From assembly GCF_009834535.1 (NCBI RefSeq), contig NC_045697.1, positions 42,162,001 through 42,226,000 of the forward strand: a stretch of DNA of 64,000 nucleotides, written 5' to 3'. Every line of letters begins with the position of its first letter. The stretch's first letter is position 1. Positions 50,539 to 63,961 of the stretch are shown here, piece after piece. The translations under genes were made by a program, and so were the position numbers. The stretch is from Camelus ferus. Taxonomy: Eukaryota. A model generated the notes under the pieces. That model did no database searches. It saw only the letters and a list, made by a program, of their open reading frames with translations, and was not told where the DNA came from.

Positions 50539-52139
50539 TGAAGGGATATTTTATTAAAAGTAGACCAAGGGAACTAAAGTCCTATTTTAGAAACATGCAT
50601 CAAGGAGAATGTCAGCAATGCAGACGGTGAGACAGAGAATGGAGCTGTAGCCTGAAGGAGACAGACCCGGGCTGATACTAGTGATAACCAAGCCGGTGAA
50701 GGACTCACATCCAACTGCAGCAGTCAGTAACCCAGCACAGGAGATCTCATTTGTGACCAAGAGACTCACCTCAAGTGTGAAGAGATCCAGTTTAAAATGT
50801 AGGCAACCTCAGCATAGGCACAGGCACAATCATGGGACGATGGGAAGAGTCAGGTGGGTGGAATCCCACTTATGATCTAGATGTATAGAGTGGTCTGTAG
50901 CTATCTGTAGGTATGGAGAAGAGTCCAGATCCCTGACAGACAAGAATTTGACAAGTTAGGGAGGATAACAGAGTTCCAATCAAGCTGACCAGTGTCACAA
51001 GAGGTAGTTAAATTACAAACGAAAACCGGAAGGCTCATCTACACAAATAGCTTGATCACTGGGCCAACAGAGGTAAGCCAGCTGAACAGTCATGGGAAGA
51101 CAGTCATTTGGTAGCAAATGCGGGCTGATTGACCTTGCTGGGACATGACTTACTCTATAGCCCCACCTGCTGGTAGAAGCGGGATGGTGGTTAACGTACC
51201 ATCTACGTTCGCCAGGGACTGGATTAAGCCAAACTGGCCAGTGGCAGGAAGTGTCAATGCCTTTGTCTAAACAGACTGTAACAATGTCTGCTGGAAGGAT
51301 ACAGACATGGCATACAAGCAGCAAGGCATTCTAAAATGAGAAATTGCATTAGACTGTTCAAATTGGCCTTTTTACATCTTGAAAAGAATTAAAAACGTTA
51401 CTTCACATGTATGCATTCTTGGTGCTCAGGTATCTAAAGTAACAGAACATAGACTGTATTTTCAAATCAGTAGGCCAGGAACTACTTTAAGATGGAAAAT
51501 ACCACTAAAAAAAATGTTGTATGTGTGAGGACAAAGAATCACTCAAATAAGCTTTCTTGCTTTTTCTCTAAAGCTCATCTCAATGTAGGGACACTTCCAA
51601 AAGAAACAAACTGTACCTCCAAAAGCCTTTATTGAGATCTTGCAGAGAAACCTTACCACATCTCTTTAGATGTGTCCATTATTATTTATAAACCTCGTAG
51701 AAAAAATGAGTTCAAATAGCAAAATAAAATTCTAGATATATTAGCCAGAGTTCTGCTATGAAAATGCTATCTAATACACAACCCCCCCCCCCAAATCTCA
51801 CTGAATAACAAGCTTCAATCTGCAGGGCAAGTTCAGTTTTATGTCTGCTCCACATGCTTCTCTTCCTGGGACCAGTGGCTTCCCAGAGTATTTAGATGGC
51901 AGAAGGATGAGAAACCACACCTAACCACGCACACACATTTGGAACCTCAGTTCATGTAACATCTGCTAACATTTCAACAGCCAAAAAGTCACATCACCAA
52001 GCCCGAAGTCAATGGGGTGGGGATGTACACCCCGCCTGCTCTATGGGGAGGTACTGCAAAGGCTGTAAATGTGTTCTCCTATTACAGGATGAGAGTGAAG
52101 GTGGGGAATAATAATCCAATCCCTCAGAACAGTTTGTCA

Positions 52140-52933
52140 ACAATAAATGCGGGAGAAACTGTGGAGAAAAGGGAACACTCCTACACTGCTGGTGGGAATG
52201 CAGTTTGGTGCAGCTGTTATGGAAAACAGTATGGAAGGTCCTCAAAAGACTAAAAATAGACTTACCATATGGTCCAGCAATCCTACTCCTGGGCATATAT
52301 CCAGAGGGAATCTTAATTCAAAAAGATACATGCACCCCAGTGTTCATAGCAGCACTCTTTACAATAGCCAAGACACGGAAACAACCTAAATGTCCATTGA
52401 CAGATGACTAGATAAAGAAGCTGTGGTATACTTCTACAAGGGAATACTACTCAGCCACGAACAAAATAATGCCATTTGCAGCAACATGGATGGGCTTGGA
52501 GATCATCATTCTAAGTGAAGTAAGCCAGAAAGAGAAAGAAAAATACCATATGATATCATTTATATGTGTAATCTAAAAAAAAAAGACAAATGAACATATT
52601 TACAAAACAGAAACAGACTCATAGACATAGAAAACAAACTTATGGTTACCAGGGAGGGAAGTGGGCAGGAAAGGATAAACTGGGAGTTTGAGATTTGCAG
52701 GAGATTTGCAGATACTAACTAATATATATAAAATAGATAAACAAGTTTATACTGTATAGCACAGGGAACTTTATTCAGTATTTTGTAGTAACTTATGATG
52801 AAAAAGAATATGAAAACGAATATATGTATGTTCATGTATGACTGAAGCATTATGCTGTACACCAGAAATTGACACAACATTGTAAACTGACTACACTTCA
52901 ATAAATATATATATACACATATATTTTAAAAAA
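52140..52933 (+). mobile_element. L1 3' end with disrupted ORF2 C-terminus and TSD
   Basis: Translates [29 protein letters not shown]...KQPKCPLTDD then a premature TAG; TSD agaacagtttgtca (52126-52139) / agaaaagtttgtca (52934-52947). Confidence 0.95.
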
Positions 52934-54929
52934 AGAAAAGTTTGTCAGTAGTTGTAGCTGTAGAATCTTCGAGTACTGGAGATTAGTGGTGAGGTTCCTG
53001 CCGTATTGCACCAGCTTCTAGGAATGTTGGCAACACGTGACTTCTACAAACATGGATTTGTATCTGCTGGACAATTTTGTCTTCATAACAAGGCATATGA
53101 TTCATCAAAGGCAACATGTTTAAATTCTTTGCCTTTTAGGTGTTTGAACAAAAATATAAAATGATTTGACTTTTATTGAGTCTTTACTGAGTTAGTAAAA
53201 GTAATCATATATGTCAGCAGGGCAGTTAAAATATCACCAGCTAGCCAATGTATCATAACAGAAATTCACAAAACTATCTTTAAGGGCCATAACCATATGT
53301 TAGCTCACAGTTAAATCTGCTTTGACCAGTGATGAGTAAGAAAGAGATCTTGGATATAGAAGTAATGACACAGCAAAGAACCTAAGGCTTGGACAGGAAA
53401 AAGCAGCTTTCAAGTACTGATACAGTGCTATACCCTGTCTAGTTTTTAAAACAGTCTCTGAGCTCCTTCAAAATAAGCATCTCCCACTACCACAAGCAGA
53501 AGTGGCCACTGAAATGTGCACACTCTTCTGTGAAGAAGTAGAAGACATTAGAACACTGTGTCCACTCACTTGTGATCTTCTCTGGTAGATAGTCTTTGCT
53601 TAACTAGTTGCCTAGTAAATTAGTGATTTACTAATGTGAAAGTAACTTTGACCCATGTCTGGACTGAATAGTCATTTTCACTGTAAGTCTTCACACCTGG
53701 ACCAATTCCCTAACCCATGTCATTTGAAAGAAGACATTTCATTGAAAGATTAATGAAAATTAATGTATCAGAATATATTAGAAAAAATAAGGACAATAAA
53801 AACTAAAAAATACTAGAATCTACTTAAGATTCTAGAAGTTAAGGAGTTTGCAATTTGTACACTTGGATTCTGAGCATCAGTATCATTAACGTGGCAGAAT
53901 AGACACCTCCACTTCACCGCAAGCCGGGTTTTTCAGTAGCCCACTTTCCGACATTGTATAAACATCAGCTCAATACTACTTTTCTTATTCCTTCTGAGAA
54001 CCTGTTACCACTTTTATTTCTTTGTAGTTCTTACGGTTGTACAACGTACAGACTTTGATTGGGCTATTCCATAGAGTTTGGGAACAATAAAAGTCCTGCC
54101 TCATTGAAGACCCCTTAATTAACAGATTTATCCATCAAGATGCATATTCAGACAAAAATAAGGAATTCAAATTACTTATCTTTCCTCTTCTCCCTGAGAA
54201 TGTGGACTTAACAATAGTCTAGGTAAATGGGAGTTGAAATTGTTAGGATGCCTGGAGTGTGACTTCTGGGAACACCAGACTCTACCCTGATGGATACATT
54301 CTGTAGACTCACTACATTTACAGAGTCAGAGCTACCAGAGAAAAGAACCCCTATTTTTTCGCCCTGTATAAATACAGCAGGAACTGCCCAGAAGAGGGAG
54401 GGAACTCTTGGCACAGAGGGACCCCAAGTGCAGGGCCCGGGGGAGCAGATAGTGCGGGAGATGGGAAAGCCTCATTCTCCCTTCCGATTGCTTTTCCCCA
54501 GTCCCTTGGCATCACTACCCCCACCCGCAATCTCCCTCTGTCCTCCCTCAAGCAATCTCCAATTATCTACCCAAAGGTTTCGTTTCTTCCACTTCTCTAA
54601 CAGCAAATGTCAGACTTGCTAAGTGAGACCGTGCAGCACAAAGGACAGTAATCACCACAGAGTCTCTTCTCCTCAGATCAGCTCCTCCACTGACCAACGC
54701 AAGAGCTACAGCGCTTGTTCGCCACATCTCTTCCCACGGTCGACTTGGTTTGTCTTCTGTTTTCTCTCCTCTCGCTGATCTGCCCTTGCCTTTGCTTTCC
54801 TCCTTCTCTCTCTCTCTGGTCTCCATACTTTCCTAGCTTTTAGATTCTCTCATTCTCTTTCTTTTCCTTATTTCCACTCTGCTTTCCTGTGTGCTTGGAT
54901 ACGATTACTTCTATGCAAATCATCAAATC

Positions 54930-55100
54930 ATGGCCATGAAGGAATCTTAGCGGCCCCCCAGTCAGAATCTCTCATTTTACACAGGAGGAAGCTGAGGTCC
55001 ACAAAGACCGTGACTCTCTCAGCAGCACCCTGCTGGCATCTGAACTCAGGATAGGAAGGCAGCACCGCTGACACCAGTTCATGTTCTGGTCTCACACTGG
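54930..55100 (-). mobile_element. MIR/MIR3 SINE
   Basis: ctctcattttacacaggaggaagctgaggtccacaaag. Confidence 0.6.
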
Positions 55101-55764
55101 CTAGCAGGATTGTCAGCCCCTGAGTGACAGCTCTCTTCCATTACTCTCATGACAGCACCTATTCCTGGCAGCCCACAATGTGATATTGCGCATCTTTGAA
55201 CATGATGCAAGTCCGGATTTCTGCCAGGTCCAAATCAGAATCAAACAATATCTTAATTCACCAAAAATTCATCCCACCAGCCAGTCCCTTCCCCAGCCAG
55301 TCCCTTACGTTGCAGTGTCTCATCTCAGAGACAATGCCGTGCTCTTTTCCAGGTGCCAGGATCACCCCTTCCCACGGTGCTCTAAGTACAGGGAAGAGAA
55401 TCACAGTGTGAAAACGGGCAAAGCAGACATAGTGACCAACCCCGAACCGTACGTTTCAGAAGCACAGAGTGTTCTGTGGTGGACAAAGCCCTCCACTATT
55501 AGAGATCCTAGCTCCCAGCTGGATGGTGTGGTCTGCCCAGCCTCGAAGCTTTTAAATCACTGGTGGTGGTGGTGGTGCTGCTGCTATTTGTTCTGTGTGC
55601 TTGCTTGGCTGCTTGCTTGGTTGTTTCTTAAATTTCAGGGATTGATCAGGGCAGGTTTTCTAAAATACAATTAGAGCTAAAAATATTACAAGTTTCTTTC
55701 CATTGCACGGGTTGCACTTTTACGTTTTCTATTCCAAATAATCAAAAGCAAGAAGAATGATAGT

Positions 55765-55960
55765 AACATTGACTGAGGGCTGATTCTGAGGCACTGTGCT
55801 TATTCTTTACACGGGTACTTCATTCCATCCTCACAGAAGTTCCACAAATTAGGTGCCATTATCAGTCATGCATTGCAGATCAAACAGTTAGCAATTACAC
55901 GTAGCCAGGATTGGAATCCAGGCAGGAGACTTGGTAGCTGGCACTCTTGAGGCACCTCCA
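55765..55960 (-). mobile_element. MIR SINE
   Basis: taacattgactgagggct...ggcactgtgct...tcattccatcctcacag...gccaggattggaatccaggcag. Confidence 0.65.
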
Positions 55961-57162
55961 CAAGGAAGCGGACACAGACACTGCAGCCATTTCCAGTCCA
56001 GTGTACCCTTTGCCACAAGGAGCTCATCTGTTGAAGCACTTGGAGTCTGATTCCTTGGGCTGCAGGGAAGCTGTGGCTCTCTTTCTGACATCAAGCACCT
56101 GCTACCCAGCTACACTTGAACCCTAGCAATGCATTATATATTATAATCAATGACAACAAAAAATCTTATTTCTGCTGTGAGCATTATTGATCTGATTCAG
56201 GATTGGCTCAGCAAGTGTGCTCAAAATCTGCTTCGCCATTTCTTCTGTTGGCAAAGGACAGAGGACTTACCCTGCACTCATCATCTCCTCATTTGCATTT
56301 CATTTCATGCAGTTGATCTATTAAACAAGTCATTTGTAACTTATCCTTGTCAAACAGATTAAATGTAGCTGGTCTCACACAAATGCATAAATTGCTTTCA
56401 AAATTTCCAAATTTCAACAACCAGCAAAGAGCTAATGTTTTGGCAATGCAACATATCCTCATCTAATACAGAAACTGGGAGGCTTTCCATTGATGTTTTA
56501 CGGTCATGCACAGAATTTAAAAACTAAAACATAAATTCACAAGCCAGCTTTTGTTTTTAAGATGGCACAGCATCACCTTTTGCAAATTAGGGCTGTGTCC
56601 TTTCTAAAATGAAATCTCTAATTTAGAAACAGAACCTTGGAAAATGGTGCCAACTAAACACCTAAGACAAATAGCTGGTGATGCTGCCTGATGCCGAACA
56701 GTCCTTAACTGCAAGTGGCGTGAGAAGAAGAATAAATCAGTTTAACTCAAGCCATTCCAAGCTTAAAACACAGAAATAAAATGGGGGGGGGGGGAGGCAC
56801 CACATTTCTGCTAGAATTTTCATTTACTTTCAAAAGATTTTGCTTTTTCCCATTGATAATATTTATTCAGAAAAGGAAAGGAAAGGTCACCTCAAAAGTC
56901 CCTTTGCAAAGACAACTCTTCCTTCTAGGAACTTTATCCCCTTTCTATCCATCTTCTCTGAGACCTGACTCCTCCAAGTACTTCAGTATCTTCTATAATA
57001 TCTCCATCTCTGCTAGTTTCCATTTTTTCAACTAATTTGAACATATCCAGATTTCTTCTTTTGTTGAAAGAAATAAAATCACTTTTAACAATGTTTTCTC
57101 TCATATTTATTAGAAAAACAATCTATTCTTGGGGCCTCCCTTCCCCTATTCCTTCTTTAATC

Positions 57163-57570
57163 TATTCATGCATTCATCCATCCATTCATCAACTCAACAA
57201 ATATTATTAAGCATTATATACATAAGGCATTGCATTAAGTGCTGTTGGAAAAATACATAAATAATCATGTTCTGTGTCTATCCCATCATCTATTTGCCAC
57301 AAAAGATATACACATTAAAACTAAATCATTAAAATTTTTAATAATTGACAGCATGAAATTTTTCCCCTGAGATCTGCATGTTCAAAGGCTGTGCAAAGCT
57401 ATGATGGGATGGTGGAATTTTAGGCACAAGAAAGTATGTGTTTTGAAAGGGACCACTGCTTCTGTCTGTGTTGGGGGTTAAATGAGAAGCTAGTTGAGAG
57501 GATAAACAACAGAGAGGAATTAGATGGAGGTGACTGAAAAGGGAGAGACAGAATGAGATACAACAAATTA
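57163..57570 (-). mobile_element. L2 LINE 3' end
   Basis: cattcatccatccattcatcaactcaacaaatattattaagca is the antisense L2 tail. Confidence 0.65.
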
Positions 57571-57571
57571 A

Positions 57572-57792
57572 AGCAGAGTTTCAACCAGGGGTGATTTTGC
57601 TTCTCAGAAGCCATTTGGCAATGTCTAGGGACATTTTTGGTTGTCAAACAGGATGGCAATGAGTAGATAGACGGCGTCTAGCAGGTAGAGGGCAAGGATA
57701 CTGTTTCACATTCTGCAGTGCCCAGGATGGTCCTCTTAACAAAGAATTATCCAGCCCCAAGTGTCAATAGGTTCGAGATTGAGAAACCAGGG
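57572..57792. mobile_element. MER20 hAT-Charlie MITE, apparently full length
   Basis: tcaaccaggggtgattttgc...catttggcaatgtctagggacatttttggttgtca...aacaaagaattatccagcccc...gtcaatag...gattgagaaacc. Confidence 0.9.
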
Positions 57793-57999
57793 TTGGAGGA
57801 ATGAGTACAGATTGTTCTTTTTTTCCTTCCACACCAGGGCAGTGAGGACCAGATAGCACCTTGTAAATGAGGGGGGTGTGCCAGCTTGAGTGTATAAGAA
57901 GACAAGTCTTGAAGACATTCTGTTAATGTTCGGGAAACAGTGCAATTATTTCCATACAAAGGAGGTGTGAGAACTAGCAGAAAGGGGAGCAGGCAGCTG

Positions 58000-58410
58000 T
58001 GCTGCTGGGAGAGCCTCTGAGCTGCTCCTTGGAATACCTGGGTTTGAATCCAGTCTCACATCTACAAGACTTTGTGACTTGGCTAAGTCACTAAAACTTC
58101 ATTAAGTTAGTTGCCTCATCTGTGAGGACCATCTGATAGGGTCAAGGATAGAAAGATAACGCCCAGGAATGTATCTAACACATACGGACAATCCCATGGC
58201 TTACATTATCTGCCTGGTGCGCTAAGTACTTTGTATGTATTAACTCAGTTAATCCTTAAGCCAAATTCCAGGTAGGGAGCAGTGTCATCTCTATTTTATC
58301 AGGTAAGGGTTTTAGGCTAGGAAATGTTGAGCAGCTTGCTCAAGGTTAACAGCTGCAAAGCGGTGGAAGCAGCCAGGCCCCAGAGCCACCTACTGTCTCA
58401 CTACGCTTTG
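58000..58410. mobile_element. two MIRs in convergent orientation (plus about 58000-58170, minus about 58190-58410)
   Basis: acctgggtttgaatcc...tgtgacttggctaagtcactaaa; then ctaagtactttgtatgtattaactcagttaatcct...cttgctcaaggttaacagct. Confidence 0.7.
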
Positions 58411-58589
58411 CTGAGATGCTGGTGGATCAGCTGCCTCGAACATCGGAGATAGTGAAGTATGAGGTCAGCTATTCACTTAAGAAAGCATTCTTAAGTGTCT
58501 CTGTGCCACTTACTAGAGATGGAGTATGAGCAAAACCAAAATCAGGCCTGCCCACATGGGCCTCACAACACCAGCCAGTGTCTATGGAA

Positions 58590-58740
58590 GAAAAGGTTGT
58601 CAAAGACATGGATTCCCAGGCTCACCCCGAGAGTCCGGCTGGGTTGATCTGAGGTAGGGTTCAGGATCCTACATTCCTAAAAGACACATCAAGTACTCGG
58701 TACTGATGACCTGATGACAGCCCTTTGCAGAATACTTCGT
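58590..58740. mobile_element. MER5A-like MITE fragment
   Basis: gattcccaggctcacccc...gatctgaggtagggttcaggatcctacattcctaa...ctttgcagaatact. Confidence 0.55.
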
Positions 58741-59601
58741 CAGCCATGTGTTTTGTACTGTGTGCCACGGGACTGAAGCGGGAGCATATGAGTTCATTAC
58801 AACTCAATACCACCTACTGGCAAAGCAATTTGAACTACACAACACATGCTAGATGCAAAGTCCACTCACTGAGGGCAGAAAGAGTGTCAGAGTGGCTCTT
58901 AAGGAAGAGGGGTTATCTGACAGGCACCAACTTCTAACAAAAGACCAGTTAGGAGTTAAGGCTGTTCAAAGCCCCTTTCCAGAGGACAGGTCTTTTTCTT
59001 TTCACATAAAAGGTATCCTCTAGTTAATTCTTCTCTAGGCCATGCAGGGTGGTGACTCACCGTGGATTAGCCTGGGAGTCAAGGAAATCTGACTACAGAG
59101 ATGAACAAGGAAGCCAAAATCCTAGTTCTCAAGAGTATCTCCCAGATTCATTCCTCTTGTTGAGCCTCTGCCTGTTCCTTCTTTGCATGCATACTAAAAG
59201 TGGACGACAACCAAAGATTTTGTGTATATAATTATCTAAACAATATAATTTTAATATACAGTTACAATTATAATCCTTAAGCAGCCCAACATGTATGCTG
59301 TCCAACAGAAACTTTACAAACCAATGCCCTACACTACTAACTATATACCAGTATTGAGAATAAATCACGCCCAGAAGAATGGAAAGACCTGGGTTCTAGG
59401 TCTACCTGGCCACAGAGACTGAAATTCACTTAATCACTAGGGCTATCATTTCTTCTACAAAATGAAAGGCTGGTCAAGGTGATCTGCATTAACGCTTTAT
59501 GGTTTCTGTTCACAGCTACATATGGAATATCAAATTAATTTAGTGAGGCAAGAATAGAATAGACAACAACTGCTTCCCTATGGTAAATGTAATTACTATT
59601 A

Positions 59602-59603
<2 letters not shown>

Positions 59604-59643
<40 letters not shown>

Positions 59644-59657
59644 TGTGTACGTGCGTG
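59604..59657 (+). repeat. (TG)n microsatellite
   Basis: About 18 perfect units plus a degenerate tail. Confidence 0.95.
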
Positions 59658-60987
59658 AAACTTTTGTTTTGGACATACCGATGTGGATACTGAGTCATGA
59701 TGTAAAATGTATGTCCTATTGCAGGTTTTAGTTAACACAGCCAGAAAGCCACTGATTTAGAAGTTCCCTTCTAGCTCCAAACTTCTCTAATTCTGTGATT
59801 TCACCGCACCTATTACTGACCTGGCAAATCTCCACATGACGCTAAAGAATCCAAATTTGTTCTTGCTTTGCTGCAGCTTCAGGCACCAGATGTGTCCATC
59901 AGCTGCACATTCTGAAGAACATGTCTCCAGAAGGCCACTGCCCAGTCTCCCGTGGCCTCTTCTTCTCTTATGAGCTGATTCTGGCATCTTCCACTGACCA
60001 ATATAGCTAGAGTAACACTGGACTACATATCTAGCTACAACTATATTCTCTAAAATATTGGAGAAAAAAATTTTTAAGAGGTAAAAAATAAGTCATCACA
60101 CCAACCACACCTATAGAGTGAGAAAAACATAAAAGCCCACCTGAGACATGATCTCAGAAAACTGAAGGGTGTATAATTAAACCACGATGTTTGGAGGAGC
60201 CAGACTTGAGAGCACAATAAAACCAGGATAAACGAAAGCCCTGGAGAAACTGTAAGCAGAGGTTTCCCTGGCTCTTGTTCCTCAAATCCCTTACACCCAT
60301 TCTGAGAATTCTGCTGCACTGACTTTAATCCCTGCCTAAGAGTAATTAAGCTGGGCACATTGCTCTAATACTTGAGATTTATAATATACCCTTTCAGTGA
60401 CGGTGATTTTTCGGTATAGCATATGAGTGAGGTACCCCTCGACACCCACATATCCCCTTCCTTCCTACTCTGTCTTCACAGAAAAGTGCATCACAATCAC
60501 ATGAGGAATGTTTTTAATTACAACTGTCTACCCACAGATTCCAAGAATCACAGAGAACAAGGCTCACTTTTTCATACATAAAGATCATCCCAGCCGAGTT
60601 GTGCAACTGGGTTTTTGACTCATGCAACTCCTTTGCATCACACTCCTCCCTGAACCCAGACTGAGCTGTGCCAGCTGACTTACACAAACGCTGAGGAGCT
60701 CCCAAACTATGATTGCATATGAACATACCTAGAAAATTGAGGCGTAGGCAAACAGAAGTCAAATTTCAAGCAGGATCAGCAGGGGTTTGAGAGAGAATTA
60801 ATCTAAGGAAAAGATATAAAAAGGTTGAGGAGAATTTGCACAGAGTTTGAAGGTCAGAGAGGAGATGTGGTTCCAGATGCACATCTAAACAGGGAGCTTC
60901 TCCTTGCCTAGATTCTGGGTTGGTTTGTATCACCCTAAAGAGAAAAGGACCAATTTTGCTAACTAAAGGAAATATTTTACTAAACTC

Positions 60988-61917
60988 CAAGCAATTTCCA
61001 AGGAAGACATACAAATGATCAATAAACACATGAAAAAATGCTCAATATCACTAATTATCAGAGAAATGCAAATCAAAACTACAATAAGGTATCACCTCAC
61101 ACCAGTCAGAATGGCCATCATTCAAAAATCCACAAATGACAAATGCTGAAGAGGCTGTGGAGAAAGGGGAACCCTCCTTCACTGCTGGTGGGAATGCAGT
61201 TTGGTGCAGCCACTATGGAAAACAGTATGGAGATTCCTCAAAAGACTAGGAATAGACTTACCATATGACCCAGGAATCCTGCTCCTGGGCTTATATCCTG
61301 AAGGAACCCTACTTCAGGATGATACCTGCACCCCAATGTTCATAACAGCACTATTTACAGTAGCCAAGACATGGAAACAGCCTAAATGTCCATCAACGGA
61401 TGACTGGATAAAGAAGATGTGGTATATTTATACAATGGAATACTATTCAGCCATAAAAACTGACAACATAGCGCCATTTGCAGCAACATGGATGCTCCTG
61501 GAGAATGTCATTCTAAGTCAAGTAAGCCAAAAAGAGAAAGAAAAATACCACATGAGATCGCTCATATGTGGAATATAAAAAACAAAAACAAACAAAAAAA
61601 AACAAAAAACAAAGCATAAATACAAAACAGAAATAGACTCATAGACACAGAACACAAACTTGTGGTTGCCAAGGGGGTGGAGGGTGGGAAGGGATAGACA
61701 GGATTTTAAAATTTCGTAGAATAGATAAACAAGATTATACTCTATAGCACAGGGAAATATACACAAGATCTTATGGTAGCTCACAGAGAAAAAAATGTGA
61801 TAGTGAATATATATATGTTCATGTATAACTGAAAAATTGTGCTCTACACTGGAATTTGACACAACATTGTAAAATGATTATAAATCAATAAAAAATGTTA
61901 AACAAACAAACAAAAAA
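60988..61917 (+). mobile_element. youngest L1 3' fragment (ORF2 C-terminus plus 3' UTR), camelid-like
   Basis: ORF 61201-61578 is L1 ORF2 ([13 protein letters not shown]...MEYYSAIK...SLICGI); the upstream Cys-rich motif carries tgc-tga in place of C-W; aataaa and an A-rich tail at 61887-61917. Confidence 0.96.
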
Positions 61918-63961
61918 CATCTTGAGGTCATTGCTAAGGAATCCTAGGAATCAATCATATTCTAGAGGAAGGATGCCCTTCCCATGTCTACTCTGCAGTG
62001 GAAGACCTGGGACTGATGAGAGCACTGGTGACCTGAGCCATCAGCCTGGCTGCCCACACTGGCAGGAGTTCCTGTTCAGTGGAGGTGAGGGTCATGGCAC
62101 TGCCCAGCCACCACAGCAGTGGATGTGCACCTCCAGTCCAGACAGCACCAGTGACTGCAGATCTCTGCCTTGGCAAGAGAAGCAAGGGCTTTATTTATTG
62201 AATCCAAAATCAATGGCATGGACTATGCGTTTCTGTGTCTAGAGACCAGCCCCAGAAGGCAGTCAGCAGCAGCAGCGTCAACAAGCAGGACTAATGTGAG
62301 TGAACATGGGAAATACATTTACAAAGTCTTAGATATATTTGAGAAGAACTTGGCAAGCCTGGAGTGCCTGGTACACAGTATAAACTTTTAATCAGTAAAA
62401 TCTGAATTCAACCGCTATCAGAACATTATCACAAACTGATGGGGGCTATAGATGTTTGCATTGAGTACAAAAAGGAGTAACTCCATTTTAAACAACCCTG
62501 AACAAATATTACTAAAGCCATTTCTAAAACAAGAGCATTAAACATTATGATCATCTTGTAGGCAGAATAATTACAAAGAAACATCACCCTTAGTTATAGG
62601 ACCAATTATTAAGAACAATAACAATGGAGTGTCCCACCAGTTAGGTGATATTTATCCATCACTTACAGAATACACTGCACCATGCAAACTATGGGAGAGG
62701 AGCAGAAATTCACCTGTTAAGCTTTATATGCTCATTAATATCTCCTAATCCATCTGACTTAAATTCTTCTAAGAGTAAAAAGCATAGTTGTTTATAGTGA
62801 AGTCAGTGAGAATAGGAATTTCCTCTGTACTTAAGAGAGGCGGAAATAATCAATTACCTCAATAAGCTTTTCTAGGAGCTTTAAAAAATAAGCAAAATTA
62901 GCATTGATTAATCTTGAAATACATTTACCTTGTGAATCGCAAAACCAATTTAATTTCTCACTTTCTGTAAAATAACAACTCCAGACTTACTCCTTCATTT
63001 AATGAGAATATATTGAATCTGGTACTGCCTCAGGCATTTGGGCACTGCATTAAACATTGCTGTGGATAAAAGCAGGGCTGAAAAAGCACCACCTAGTTTT
63101 TTCAGAATCTAAAATCTGGCTGAGAAAGTAAATTACTAAAAATGAAACAAATCAAAATTATAATTTCCAGAATATTCATTTGCTCTTTCTGTGGAAGATC
63201 TATGAAATCCCATAAACACTTCATTCTCACACAATAACATGTGAGTGAACACTCTTGAAAGAATTATTTGATATACCTAGGAACATGAAAAGATGAATAG
63301 ATGACTGATGTAAACAGTGTCTGTGGTGGAGGGAGAATCCTTTTTGGACACTTCAGCGTTTGTTGATTTTTGTAGTTCAAATTCAATAATGTGCCCATGA
63401 TCTTGTTGAAGATCATAAACAATAAAGATAGTAAAATTTATTCACAGAAAAGACAGTCAGAGAAAGGAAGTGGGAAATTAGGTAATATTAAAAATGAGCC
63501 CAAATAAGGCTGCTACCTTTTGAGTAACAAAGACCTGGTGAATAACATCTGCTTTATACATATAGTTAAAGGCAAGGTATTATAAAGCACAATCAGATGT
63601 TGAATATAAAAAATAAAAAGTCTTGTTTTTCCAAATAATTGGCTTGCTTCTCAGGAAGTCAGAAACTAATAAAACTTCAGGGTTAGGAGAAAAAACTAAG
63701 TTCTCTACTTTGAACATCCATCTAAAAATCGAAGTCTGTATGTTGTTTCAGCAAGTCAAGTGTTTGTCCCTTCAGTCACTAGATGGACTGCTCTATTGAG
63801 GAGTCACTGGCTCCAAGGACACGGGCACAAGCTGACAGGCACTTCTCTCACCTCTTCTTCATTATTGTCAATATCCATTTATAGGAACACTGGCAATAAA
63901 AATGCCACTGTAGACACCTTATCACCCTCAATTCACTGTTCCATTTCACTTAAATAAATAT

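Noticed and set aside
55180..55674. Longest ORF (164 aa) with WWWWWCCC and a hydrophobic tail
   Set aside because: GTG start; the motif comes from a (TGG)5(TGC)3 microsatellite; no recognisable family.
58000..58410. Inverted MIR pair as a dsRNA or miRNA hairpin
   Set aside because: The copies are too diverged to pair extensively.
61201..61578. 125-aa ORF as a host gene or active L1
   Set aside because: It is a 5'-truncated L1 ORF2 tail with an upstream in-frame stop and no endonuclease or reverse transcriptase domain.
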